Positions 38,064 to 46,840 of a stretch of 55,272 nt of DNA are shown here, piece after piece; position 1 is the stretch's first letter, and every line of letters starts with the position of its first letter. The notes under the pieces are model-generated. The model saw nothing but the letters and a program-made list of their open reading frames with translations. It searched no databases and had not been told where the DNA came from. Source of the stretch: Bradyrhizobium sp. (GTDB lineage Bacteria; Pseudomonadota; Alphaproteobacteria; Rhizobiales; Xanthobacteraceae); contig NZ_JAFAVV010000291.1 in NCBI RefSeq assembly GCF_019242285.1, positions 1 through 55,272 of the forward strand, given 5' to 3'. Both the position numbers and the translations under genes were made by a program.

Positions 38064-38714
38064 TCAAAACAGTTCGACCGAGCCGCCGACCGGCTCGACC
38101 TCGATTTTGGATTTGTAGGAGCTTTCGCTGCGGACCAAGGCGTCACGATCGGTACGTTGCAGCTCGAGCAGCAGCACTTTGCCGGTTGCGGGAAAATAGT
38201 GCACTCGGCGTGGCAGCGTGCCGCGCAGATGGCGGGCGGCGATCGGCAGGTTCTCCGTGGCGAGATAGTCCTCGACGAAATCGGCGTTGCGGTGTCCGAT
38301 ATTGGCGGAACCGGTCAACACGTTGCCGCCGCCGAACACCTTGACCTCGAGCCGCTGGCGCAGGCCGCCGCGCGCAAGGATGTCGTTGATCAGTCGCTCC
38401 ATGGCGACGTTGCCGTAGCGCATGCTGGCCGACGCGGTGTCCCAGCCGGAGCTCGCGCCGCTTGCCTCGGGCAACATGAAATGATTCATGCCGCCGACAC
38501 CGGCAAGGGGATCGCGGATGCAGGCCGCGACGCACGAACCGAGAATCGTGACCAGCATCTCGTCGGGCTGCCCGGTAACGTAGTGCTCGCCAGGGAAAAC
38601 CTTGATCGCGCTCTCCTCGAACATGGGATCACGATAGCGCCGCGTCCCGCCCGTCGGCTCGGGCGAGGTGTCGGAGGTTCGTGCGGCTGCGGTTCTGGTT
38701 CGGCGGCCTGTCAT
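38064..38714 (-). CDS. cheD: Chemoreceptor glutamine deamidase CheD
   Basis: TILGSCVAAC, GGMNHFMLP, RYG..AME.LIN, KVFGGG, IG.RN; ATGA-coupled to cheR. Confidence 0.92.
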   Translation of the reverse strand: MTGRRTRTAAARTSDTSPEPTGGTRRYRDPMFEESAIKVFPGEHYVTGQPDEMLVTILGSCVAACIRDPLAGVGGMNHFMLPEASGASSGWDTASASMRYGNVAMERLINDILARGGLRQRLEVKVFGGGNVLTGSANIGHRNADFVEDYLATENLPIAARHLRGTLPRRVHYFPATGKVLLLELQRTDRDALVRSESSYKSKIEVEPVGGSVELF

Positions 38715-39535
38715 TTGATCCTGCGATAAATCGTGCGCCCCACCAGATCGAAGCGGTCGGTGACGTTGAGCAGACTTTCCGAGTGGCCGATGAACAGCCA
38801 TCCGTCGGGTCTCAATATCTCGGCGTAGCGGTCGAACAGGCGGCGCTGCGTGTCCTTGTCGAAATAGATCACCACGTTCCTGCAGAAGATCACGTCGAAC
38901 GGCCCCGACATCGGCCATCCGCCCAGGAGATTGAGGTTGGCGAAGGTGATGAGCTCGCACAGCTCGTCCTTCATCACGGCGCAGCCGTCGCTGCCAACCG
39001 TCATATAGCGCTTGCGATAGGTGTCGGGGATGCTCTCGATCCGCTCGGCGTCATAGACGCCGGCCACCGCACGCGAGACCACATTGGTGTCGAGGTCGGT
39101 CGCGAGAATCTTGATGTCCCACCCGTGCAGCGGCAGCAGGCAGCCGCGCACGATCATGGCGATGGTGTATGGCTCCTCGCCGGTCGAGCAGCCGGCTGAC
39201 CATATCCGGATCCGCCTGGGATCGGCGTTGGATTGAACCAGTTTCGGCAGGATGACCTTGTTCAGATAGTCGAAATGGTGCGACTCGCGAAAGAAGCTCG
39301 TGTGGTTCGTCGTGATGGCATTGATCAGGTTCAGACGCTCGTCCTCGCCCGCATTCGTCTCCAACAGATTGCAATATTCGCCGAAATCGGACAGGCCGAG
39401 CGCACGCAGGCGCCGGCCGAGCCGACCATGGATGAATGCGCGCTTCTTGTCGCTCAGCACGATCCCGGCCGTGTCCAGCACGAGCTTCGAGATCTTCCTG
39501 AAGTCCCCGTCCTCGAGCGCGAATTCTTCTTGCAC
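38711..39535 (-). CDS. cheR: Chemotaxis methyltransferase CheR
   Basis: TTNHTSFFRE.HHF, RIWSAGCSTGEEPY, FCRNVVIYFD, GHSE. Confidence 0.95.
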   Translation of the reverse strand: MQEEFALEDGDFRKISKLVLDTAGIVLSDKKRAFIHGRLGRRLRALGLSDFGEYCNLLETNAGEDERLNLINAITTNHTSFFRESHHFDYLNKVILPKLVQSNADPRRIRIWSAGCSTGEEPYTIAMIVRGCLLPLHGWDIKILATDLDTNVVSRAVAGVYDAERIESIPDTYRKRYMTVGSDGCAVMKDELCELITFANLNLLGGWPMSGPFDVIFCRNVVIYFDKDTQRRLFDRYAEILRPDGWLFIGHSESLLNVTDRFDLVGRTIYRRIK

Positions 39536-39599
39536 GACCCACTCCCCGTTTCCGATCGGGCGTCAACCGGCGCTGCCGGATGACGCCCGCTGACAGCCA

Positions 39600-41969
39600 C
39601 TAGAATTCCTTCCAGTCCGCGTCGCCCGCACCGGCCGCGCGCCGACGCGCCGGTTCGTGGTCGACCGCCTTGGTCGCTGGCGCCGCCCTCGGCGCCGTCG
39701 GCGCCTTGGCACGCAGGGGCTCCCTGCCCGAGCTCAAGGAACGATCGACGACGGGATTGCCGGTCAGCTTTGCCTTGCCGCCCTGCGGTTTGCCGCGATC
39801 GAACTCTGGCAGCACGTTGAACTGGCCGACCATGTCGGCCATCGCCGAAGTCTGGTCCTCCATGGACTTGGCGGCCGCCGCAGCCTCTTCGACCAAAGCC
39901 GCGTTCTGCTGGGTGACCTTGTCCATCTGGGTGACGGCGTTGTTGACCTGCTCGATCCCGGCGCGCTGCTCCTGCGACGCAGCCGAGATCTCGGCCATGA
40001 TGTCGGTGACGCGTTTCACCGACTGGACGATCTCTTCCATGGTCTTGCCGGCGGTATCGACCAGCCGCGAGCCCGATTCCACCTTGGCCACCGAATCCGA
40101 GATCAGACCCTTGATCTCCTTGGCGGCATTGGCGCTGCGCTGGGCGAGGTTGCGCACCTCAGCAGCGACGACGGCAAAGCCCCGTCCCTGATCACCGGCA
40201 CGGGCAGCTTCGACCGCCGCGTTCAGCGCCAGGATGTTGGTCTGGAACGCGATCTCGTCGATGACGCCGATGATGTCGGCGATCTTGCGGCTGGCCTGGG
40301 TGATACCGTCCATGGTCGTCACCACCTCGGCCACGACCGAGCCGCCGCGGACCGCCACATCCGACGCGGAGGAAGCGAGCTTATTGGCCTGCTGCGCATT
40401 TTCCGCGTTCTGCCGCACGGTGGAGGTCAGCTCTTCCATGCTGGCCGCCGTCTCTTCCAGGCTCGCCGCCTGCTCCTCGGTGCGCTGCGACAGGTCGGTG
40501 TTGCCGGTGGCGATCTCGCGCGCCGCCGTGCTCAACGTGTGAGCGCTCTCCGCCACATCTCCGATGATCGAGGACATGGTATCGAGCAGGCCGTTCACGC
40601 CTTCGCAGAGCTGCCGGATGTCACCGGTCTTGCCTTCCAGCGGCACGCGCTGGCGAAGGTCGTTGTCCTTCGCCGCCGTGACGACCTCCTGGGTCTGCTG
40701 GACCGCGGCCTGGAGGATCGCCGAAGCCTTGATCTGCTCGGTGATGTCGGTGGCATATTTGACCACCTTGAACGGCTTGCCGTCGGGCCCCATGATGGAG
40801 TTGTAGCTCGCCTGGATCCAGATTTCCTTGCCGCCCTTGCCGATCCGCTTGTACTGGCCGGAGTCGTACTCGCCGCGGCCCAGCTTGTCCCAGAACATGC
40901 GGTACTCGGTCGACTGCCGATAGGCGACATCGACGAACATCGAGTGATGCTGACCCTTGATCTCGTTCAGCGAGTAGCCGAGCGTGTTGAGGAAGTTGTC
41001 GTTGGCGTCGATGATCTTGCCGTCGAGGGTGAATTCGATGACGGCCTGGGCCTTCCTGATCGCGGCGATCTGGCCGCTGAAATCTGCGTTCTGCAGCACC
41101 TGCTCGGTGATGTCGGTGGCGTATTTCACCACCCGGAATGCCTTGCCGGACTGATCCAGGATCGGATTGTAGCTCGCCTGGATCCAGACCTCCTTGCCAC
41201 TCTTGCCGATGCGCTTGTATTGCCCGGCGTCATATTCACCACGCCCGAGCTTTTCCCAGAACGCGCGGTATTCAGGGCTCTGGCGGTAGGCCGGGTCCAC
41301 GAACATGGAATGGTGCTGGCCCTTGATTTCGTCGAGCCGATAGCCGACCGTCTTCAGGAAGTTCTCGTTGGCGTGCTGAATCACGCCATCGAGCCCGAAC
41401 ACGATCATCGCCTGCGAGCGGTCGATCGCCGCGAGCTGGGAGACCTGGGCCCGCATCTCGGTGACGTCGGCCCATTCCAGCATGAAGCCGGCGGAGCCGC
41501 CCTGCGCGTTGCGCAACGCGTTCACGTGCAGCGAGATCTTCAGCGGACCGACAGGGATGTCGGTCTTGAACGGCAGGTTGGCCGGGTTGGCCAGCAATGC
41601 GCGCTGATGCGCCGGATTCTTGTGAAAGATGTCGATGCAAGCGCCGATCAGGCTGCTCGGATCGAAGGTCGGCCAGATCTTGCGGAACTCGTTCAGGTTC
41701 TGGTTGAACAGGTTCTTCGAGGCTTCGTTCAGATAGGTGATCTTCAGATCAGGATCGACCAGCATCAGCGCACCGGTAACCTTGCCGATGGCGCTGACCA
41801 GGTTGTGGTCGAGCTGCGAAGCCGGTCGGGCTGCCTGCGTCTTGGCTTTCGGTTTTTGAGGCCGCGGTCGCGACTTGGACTTCGCCGGCACCGGGCTGTC
41901 CTCGTCATGCGGCGTACCGTCCTCGTTGAATTCATGCATCATCGTGGTCTCCTGGGAATTGTCGTTCAT
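39600..41969 (-). CDS. Cytoplasmic chemoreceptor with three PAS domains (one Aer2-like, two PAS_3-like) and a C-terminal pentapeptide
   Basis: No TM; [15 protein letters not shown]; two near-duplicate [16 protein letters not shown] domains; [20 protein letters not shown]; ends DWKEF. Confidence 0.92.
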   Translation of the reverse strand: MNDNSQETTMMHEFNEDGTPHDEDSPVPAKSKSRPRPQKPKAKTQAARPASQLDHNLVSAIGKVTGALMLVDPDLKITYLNEASKNLFNQNLNEFRKIWPTFDPSSLIGACIDIFHKNPAHQRALLANPANLPFKTDIPVGPLKISLHVNALRNAQGGSAGFMLEWADVTEMRAQVSQLAAIDRSQAMIVFGLDGVIQHANENFLKTVGYRLDEIKGQHHSMFVDPAYRQSPEYRAFWEKLGRGEYDAGQYKRIGKSGKEVWIQASYNPILDQSGKAFRVVKYATDITEQVLQNADFSGQIAAIRKAQAVIEFTLDGKIIDANDNFLNTLGYSLNEIKGQHHSMFVDVAYRQSTEYRMFWDKLGRGEYDSGQYKRIGKGGKEIWIQASYNSIMGPDGKPFKVVKYATDITEQIKASAILQAAVQQTQEVVTAAKDNDLRQRVPLEGKTGDIRQLCEGVNGLLDTMSSIIGDVAESAHTLSTAAREIATGNTDLSQRTEEQAASLEETAASMEELTSTVRQNAENAQQANKLASSASDVAVRGGSVVAEVVTTMDGITQASRKIADIIGVIDEIAFQTNILALNAAVEAARAGDQGRGFAVVAAEVRNLAQRSANAAKEIKGLISDSVAKVESGSRLVDTAGKTMEEIVQSVKRVTDIMAEISAASQEQRAGIEQVNNAVTQMDKVTQQNAALVEEAAAAAKSMEDQTSAMADMVGQFNVLPEFDRGKPQGGKAKLTGNPVVDRSLSSGREPLRAKAPTAPRAAPATKAVDHEPARRRAAGAGDADWKEF

Positions 41970-41999
41970 GAAAGCTTCTCGAAACTTCGCGGTAAGCGT

Positions 42000-42530
42000 T
42001 TACGCGGCAACTAACCCGGCCGATTCCGTCGCCGAGCGCTTCGTCGAATCGGGGGACATCCCGAACAGTCCGGCCAGAGATACGAGCGTCACCATGCGGT
42101 TCTCGATGGCAACCAGCCCCTCCAGGAACTGATCCTCGTTCGGCATGCCCATCTCCGGCACGTCGCGAATTTCCTTGGGGTCGACCGAGATGATGTCGGA
42201 GACGGTATCCACCAGGAGTCCGACCGTGCGCGTCCCCGCGGCGACGATGATGACCACATGCATGCCGGTCGGCACGGTCACTCCGATGCCGAACCGGGTG
42301 CGCAGGTCGAAGATCGGAACGATGATGCCGCGCAGATTGATCACGCCGCGCACGTGAGGCGGAGCATTCGGGATCATCGTGGTCTCGGTCCAGCCCTTGA
42401 TCTCCCGGACCACCATGATGTCGATGCCGTATTCCGCCTCGCCGAGCGTGAAGGTGATGAACTGCTGGACGTTCTCGCCGACGGCGGCTTCGAGGCCGCG
42501 ATTGACGGCCGTCTTGTTGTCAGGCTGCAT
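42000..42530 (-). CDS. cheW: Chemotaxis coupling protein CheW
   Basis: QFITF.LG..EYGIDI..VREI, GVINLRG.IVP, GLLVD.V. Confidence 0.95.
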   Translation of the reverse strand: MQPDNKTAVNRGLEAAVGENVQQFITFTLGEAEYGIDIMVVREIKGWTETTMIPNAPPHVRGVINLRGIIVPIFDLRTRFGIGVTVPTGMHVVIIVAAGTRTVGLLVDTVSDIISVDPKEIRDVPEMGMPNEDQFLEGLVAIENRMVTLVSLAGLFGMSPDSTKRSATESAGLVAA

Positions 42531-44604
42531 TGGTGATGTCCCCTGAGGTTTCGATACTTGCGATGGTGGTCGGCTCGCGGCGTCCGCCGCTGCCGCGGCC
42601 ATCGATGGCCTGCAACCGCGCCACGTCCAGGATCAGCGCCACCCTCCCGTTGCCGAGGATCGTCGCGCCGCTGATGCCCTCGACCGGCTCGTAATTCGCC
42701 TCGAGGCTCTTCACGACGACCTGTTGTTGTCCGAGCAACTCGTCGACGACGACGCCGACCCGGCTCGCGCCCTCGCTCTGCACGATGATGACGATGCCGC
42801 GGCAGGGATCGCCGATTGCGCCGTCGATCGAGAAGCAGCGATCGAGGTAGACCAGGGGCAGGTATTCGCCGCGCAAGGCCAGCACGTCGCCGCGCCCGAC
42901 GACGGGATGAATGTCGGCGGCCTGCGGCCGGAGGTTCTCGACGATCGCGGTCAGCGGAATGATGAAGGTCTCCTTGCCGACCGACACGACCATGCCGTCC
43001 ACTACCGCAAGGGTCAGCGGCAGGGACAGCGTGAAGGTCGAGCCGTGGCCGAAGCTCGACTGTACGGAGATGCGGCCTCCGAGCGCCTGGACGTTCCGTT
43101 TCACCACGTCCATGCCGACGCCGCGGCCGGAGATGTTCGAAATGACGTCTGCCGTCGAGAACGCCGGCAGGAAGATCAGATTGTCGATCTCGTCGTCGCT
43201 CGGGTTGGCCCCGCGCGGCACCAGACCGCGATCCTGCGCCTTCGCCAGTACCTTCTCGCGGTTGATGCCACGGCCGTCGTCGGAGACCTCGATGACGATG
43301 CGGCCGCTGCGCTGGGCCGCGGAGAGCTGAATCGTTCCCTGCTTCGGCTTGCCCGCGGCGACGCGTTCGCGTGGCGCCTCGATGCCATGATCCAGCGCGT
43401 TGCGGATCATGTGCGTGAGCGGATCGTTCAATTGCTCGATGACGGTCTTGTCGATTTCCGTCATCTCGCCGGAGGTGACGATGCGCACTTCCTTGCCGAG
43501 CGTCGCCGCGAGATCGCGGACCACGCGGGGCATGCGTGCGAACACCGACTTCACCGGCTGGGCGCGGATCGCCATCACGCTTTCCTGCAGCTCACGTGCA
43601 CTCTGCGCCAGCGCCTCGATGCCCTGGATCAGGGCCGGATATCTGTCGGCCGGCAGCGACAGGCCCTGCTCCGTCAGCATCGCCTGGCTGATGACGAGTT
43701 CACCCACCAGGTTCACGAGACGATCGACCTTGTCGACGTCGACCCGAATGGATTGGGAACTCACCGGTGCGGGCGCAGCGACCTGAGCGATCGCACCCAC
43801 ATTCTCGGCAGGCCCCGTCTCGGCGGGCGGCGCCGGATATTGACCGGCGGCCTGCAAGTCGGCCGGCTCGATCGAGAGATCGCAATCGTCCTCCACGAAC
43901 TCGAATACATCGCGGACCACCTGCGGCGACACGCTGGTTTCAAGTGTGAAGGTCCAGCCCAGATAGGCGACCTCGGCCTCGATGCTTTCCAGCTCGGGCA
44001 CGCGCAAGCTGTCGACATCGGTGGCGAGCGCACCGAGCTTCCGCAGCTGTCGGATGAGAAGGAGCGGCTCGTTGGCCTTCTTCAACATCTCCGTGTGCGG
44101 CCGGAACGTGATGCGGTATCTGCGCTCCTCGGACGAAACCGCCGGCGCCAGCGACTCGGCAACCGGCGTGACCTCCGCCGCGACGGCGTCGGCCGACCGG
44201 TCCAGGACGTCCTGCATCGCGCCGCGGATATCGGCGGCGAAGTCGTCGGGCAGTTGCCGTTCCAGACGCGCGGCGTTGACGATGTCGGCGAGCGCGTCGC
44301 TCGCACGCAGGAGAAGCTGTTTCAGGTCCGGCGTCGCGGGAACCTTGTGCTCGCGCAGCGCATCGAGCAGGCTCTCGAACGTATGCGAGAACGCGACCAG
44401 ATCGTCGCAGCCGAACGCGCCTGCTCCGCCCTTGATCGAGTGGACCGAGCGGAAGACGGCGTGAAGGACCTCGTCCTCCTCGTTGCCGCTGGACAGCAGC
44501 TCGAGGTTGGACTGCAGGGCGTCCATCAGCTCGGCACATTCCTCAAAATAGGTCTTTCGAAATTGCGCGAGTGGATAGCCTTCGGTTTCGGAGCTCACGG
44601 ACAT
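42520..44604 (-). CDS. cheA: Chemotaxis histidine kinase CheA
   Basis: P1 FRSVHSIKGGAG, SIRVD..KVD.L.NLVGELV, RNALDHG, SGRGVGMDVV, LPLTLA, P5 domain. Confidence 0.96.
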   Translation of the reverse strand: MSVSSETEGYPLAQFRKTYFEECAELMDALQSNLELLSSGNEEDEVLHAVFRSVHSIKGGAGAFGCDDLVAFSHTFESLLDALREHKVPATPDLKQLLLRASDALADIVNAARLERQLPDDFAADIRGAMQDVLDRSADAVAAEVTPVAESLAPAVSSEERRYRITFRPHTEMLKKANEPLLLIRQLRKLGALATDVDSLRVPELESIEAEVAYLGWTFTLETSVSPQVVRDVFEFVEDDCDLSIEPADLQAAGQYPAPPAETGPAENVGAIAQVAAPAPVSSQSIRVDVDKVDRLVNLVGELVISQAMLTEQGLSLPADRYPALIQGIEALAQSARELQESVMAIRAQPVKSVFARMPRVVRDLAATLGKEVRIVTSGEMTEIDKTVIEQLNDPLTHMIRNALDHGIEAPRERVAAGKPKQGTIQLSAAQRSGRIVIEVSDDGRGINREKVLAKAQDRGLVPRGANPSDDEIDNLIFLPAFSTADVISNISGRGVGMDVVKRNVQALGGRISVQSSFGHGSTFTLSLPLTLAVVDGMVVSVGKETFIIPLTAIVENLRPQAADIHPVVGRGDVLALRGEYLPLVYLDRCFSIDGAIGDPCRGIVIIVQSEGASRVGVVVDELLGQQQVVVKSLEANYEPVEGISGATILGNGRVALILDVARLQAIDGRGSGGRREPTTIASIETSGDITNAA

Positions 44605-44960
44605 ACGCGGTTGACCGTCGCGATCAGCTGCTCGGGATTGAAGGGCTTGACCAACCAGCCCGTGGCGCCGGCGGCCTTGCCGTCGGCCTTCTTGGTGCCG
44701 TCGCTTTCCGTGGTCAGGATCAGGATCGGCACCGCGCGGTGCTGCGAGCCCGAGCGGACGTTCTTGATCAGCGTGATGCCGTCCATGTTCGGCATGTTGA
44801 GGTCGGTGATGATCAGGTCGAACTTCCCGCCGGTCAGCACGTTCAGCGCGGCCCTGCCGTCCTCGGCCTCGGCCACGTCGAAACCCGCCTTCTTCAGGGT
44901 GAACGACACCATGTCCCGCATGGTCTTGGAGTCGTCGACCGCCAGAATACGCTTGCCCAT
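44595..44960 (-). CDS. cheY: Chemotaxis response regulator CheY
   Basis: MGKRILAVDDS, TDLNMPNMDG, LTTE, GATGWLVKPF; start ATG 44960. Confidence 0.93.
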   Translation of the reverse strand: MGKRILAVDDSKTMRDMVSFTLKKAGFDVAEAEDGRAALNVLTGGKFDLIITDLNMPNMDGITLIKNVRSGSQHRAVPILILTTESDGTKKADGKAAGATGWLVKPFNPEQLIATVNRVCP

Positions 44961-44962
44961 TT

Positions 44963-45283
44963 TCAATTCATCCAATTGCTGAATTCGGACTGCAGCCCGA
45001 GATCGGCGATCGCCGCTCGGAACACGTCGGAGGCGTTTGTGATCTTGTACGGCTTCTGAACGGCCTGTGCGGACCGTCCCGCGGCGAGCAGTATCTGAAC
45101 GCATGGCGTCGACATGCGCTGGACCGCACTCGCATCGAGCAGGATGTCACGCCGCTGCAACAGGTTGAGCATGCCCTTGCGCAGGCTCTCCGCCTGCGCC
45201 AGATCGAGCATTTCCGGCAATGCATGCACCTGGCCGGCGGCGGCGTCATCGGCGGCAGTCTCAGGAGGCGTGGTCGAAGTCAT
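44963..45283 (-). CDS. STAS_2-domain protein heading the che operon
   Basis: LPEMLDL..AE.L, LLDASAVQRMST..VQILLA; size and position match che-operon STAS proteins. Confidence 0.75.
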   Translation of the reverse strand: MTSTTPPETAADDAAAGQVHALPEMLDLAQAESLRKGMLNLLQRRDILLDASAVQRMSTPCVQILLAAGRSAQAVQKPYKITNASDVFRAAIADLGLQSEFSNWMN

Positions 45284-45397
45284 TGCTGATCGTTTCCGAA
45301 GGACGCTGCGGTACGGACTGTGTCAGGTGGGCCCCATCTCGCGACGGCGAACTGGCGCGGTTCTCTCGTGACGATTCGAGCCGAACCACGCTTCGCC

Positions 45398-45616
45398 GGC
45401 AGTTTCCAAACTGCCCTGCAAGCCATTGTCGGACTGTTAAATCCCGCAGCCGTATAATTACGGTTGCTACCTCTGCGTGCGGTGACTATCCCGCGTCAAC
45501 GGCGGCTCGGGGGCCGCAGCTCATCGCGTCGCGCGCGGCGCGACGTCGGATGCAATAGTGAGGCGGAAGGGAAGAGGCGCTTCAAATGCGAGACATCTCG
45601 TCCGTACAAGTACGGA
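45398..45616. promoter_or_regulatory. Palindromic candidate transcription-factor sites upstream of the che operon
   Basis: GGCAGTTT-cc-AAACTGCC (45398-45415); CCGTA-N4-TACGG at 45450-45463 and again at 45602-45615. Confidence 0.4.
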
Positions 45617-45649
45617 TTTCATCAAAGCATTCGACGGCCCGCAGCGCCG

Positions 45650-46840
45650 TCACCGGCGCTGATTGTAGACGTCGATGCAGACGGCGCCGAGCAGCACCAG
45701 CCCCTTGATCACCTGCTGATAGTCGATGCCGATGCCGAGGATCGACATGCCGTTGTTCATGACGCCCATGATCATGGCGCCGACCACCGCGCCGCCGACC
45801 CGCCCGACGCCGCCATAGGCCGAGGCACCGCCGATGAAGCAGGCGGCGATCACGTCGAGCTCGAAGCCGGTGCCGGCCTTCGGCGTCGCAGTGTTGAGCC
45901 GCGCGGCGAACACCAGGCCGGCCAAGGCCGCGAGCACGCCCATGTTGACGAAGGTGAGGAACGTCAACCGTTCGGTCTTGACGCCCGACAGCTTCGCCGC
46001 CTTGGCGTTGCCGCCGACCGCATAGATGTGGCGGCCGACCACGGTGCGCCGGGTGACAAAACCATACAGCATGATCAGCACCGTCATGATGATCAGCACG
46101 TTCGGCAGGCCGCGATAGGAGGCGATCAGGTAGGTGAAATAGAGCACGACGCCGGCGAGCACGACATTCTTGCCGGCGAAGAAGGCGAAAGGCTCGACCT
46201 CGATGCCATGCGACTGCTCGCGCGCGCGGCCCTTGACGCTGGCATAGACCAGCGCGAGCGCGAGCACTGCGCCGATCAACAGCGAGGTCGGATGCAGCGT
46301 GCCAGGTCCTTCGACGATTTCCGGGATGAAGCCGGAGGACAGTTTCTGGAAGGTCGGCGGGAACGGCCCGACCGACTGGCCCTGCAGCACGGCAAGCGCC
46401 AATCCCTTGAACACCAGCATGCCCGCGAGCGTGACGATGAAGGAGGGAATGCCGAAATAGGCGACCCAGTAGCCCTGCGCGGCGCCGATCGCCGCCCCCA
46501 CCATCAGGCAGGCGAGGAAGGCGATCGCCGGATGCAGGTGCAGATGGACCATCAGCACGGCGGCGACCGCGCCGACGAAGCCCGCCACGGAGCCGACCGA
46601 GAGGTCGATATGGCCGGTGACGATCACGAGCAGCATGCCGAACGCCATGATGACGATGTAGCTGTTCTGCAGCACGAGGTTGGTGAGATTGAGCGGCTGC
46701 AGCAGCGTGCCGTCGGTCATGACCTGGAAGAACAACATGATCACGCCAAGCGACAGCAGCATGCCGTAGGTGCGCAAATTGTTCTTGATGAAACCGGCGT
46801 GCCGGCGCTCCTCGGGAAGCGAAACCGTCTTGTCGGTCAT
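45650..46840 (-). CDS. gguB: Multiple-sugar ABC transporter permease
   Basis: GHIDLSVGS, IPSFIVTLAGML, GRHIYAVGGN..AA.LSG, FELDVIAACFIGG; ATG 46840 overlaps the gguA stop. Confidence 0.9.
   Translation of the reverse strand: MTDKTVSLPEERRHAGFIKNNLRTYGMLLSLGVIMLFFQVMTDGTLLQPLNLTNLVLQNSYIVIMAFGMLLVIVTGHIDLSVGSVAGFVGAVAAVLMVHLHLHPAIAFLACLMVGAAIGAAQGYWVAYFGIPSFIVTLAGMLVFKGLALAVLQGQSVGPFPPTFQKLSSGFIPEIVEGPGTLHPTSLLIGAVLALALVYASVKGRAREQSHGIEVEPFAFFAGKNVVLAGVVLYFTYLIASYRGLPNVLIIMTVLIMLYGFVTRRTVVGRHIYAVGGNAKAAKLSGVKTERLTFLTFVNMGVLAALAGLVFAARLNTATPKAGTGFELDVIAACFIGGASAYGGVGRVGGAVVGAMIMGVMNNGMSILGIGIDYQQVIKGLVLLGAVCIDVYNQRR

Noticed and set aside
39657-44982. 785-aa and 752-aa plus-strand ORFs
   Set aside because: Antisense shadows of the MCP and cheA/cheY.
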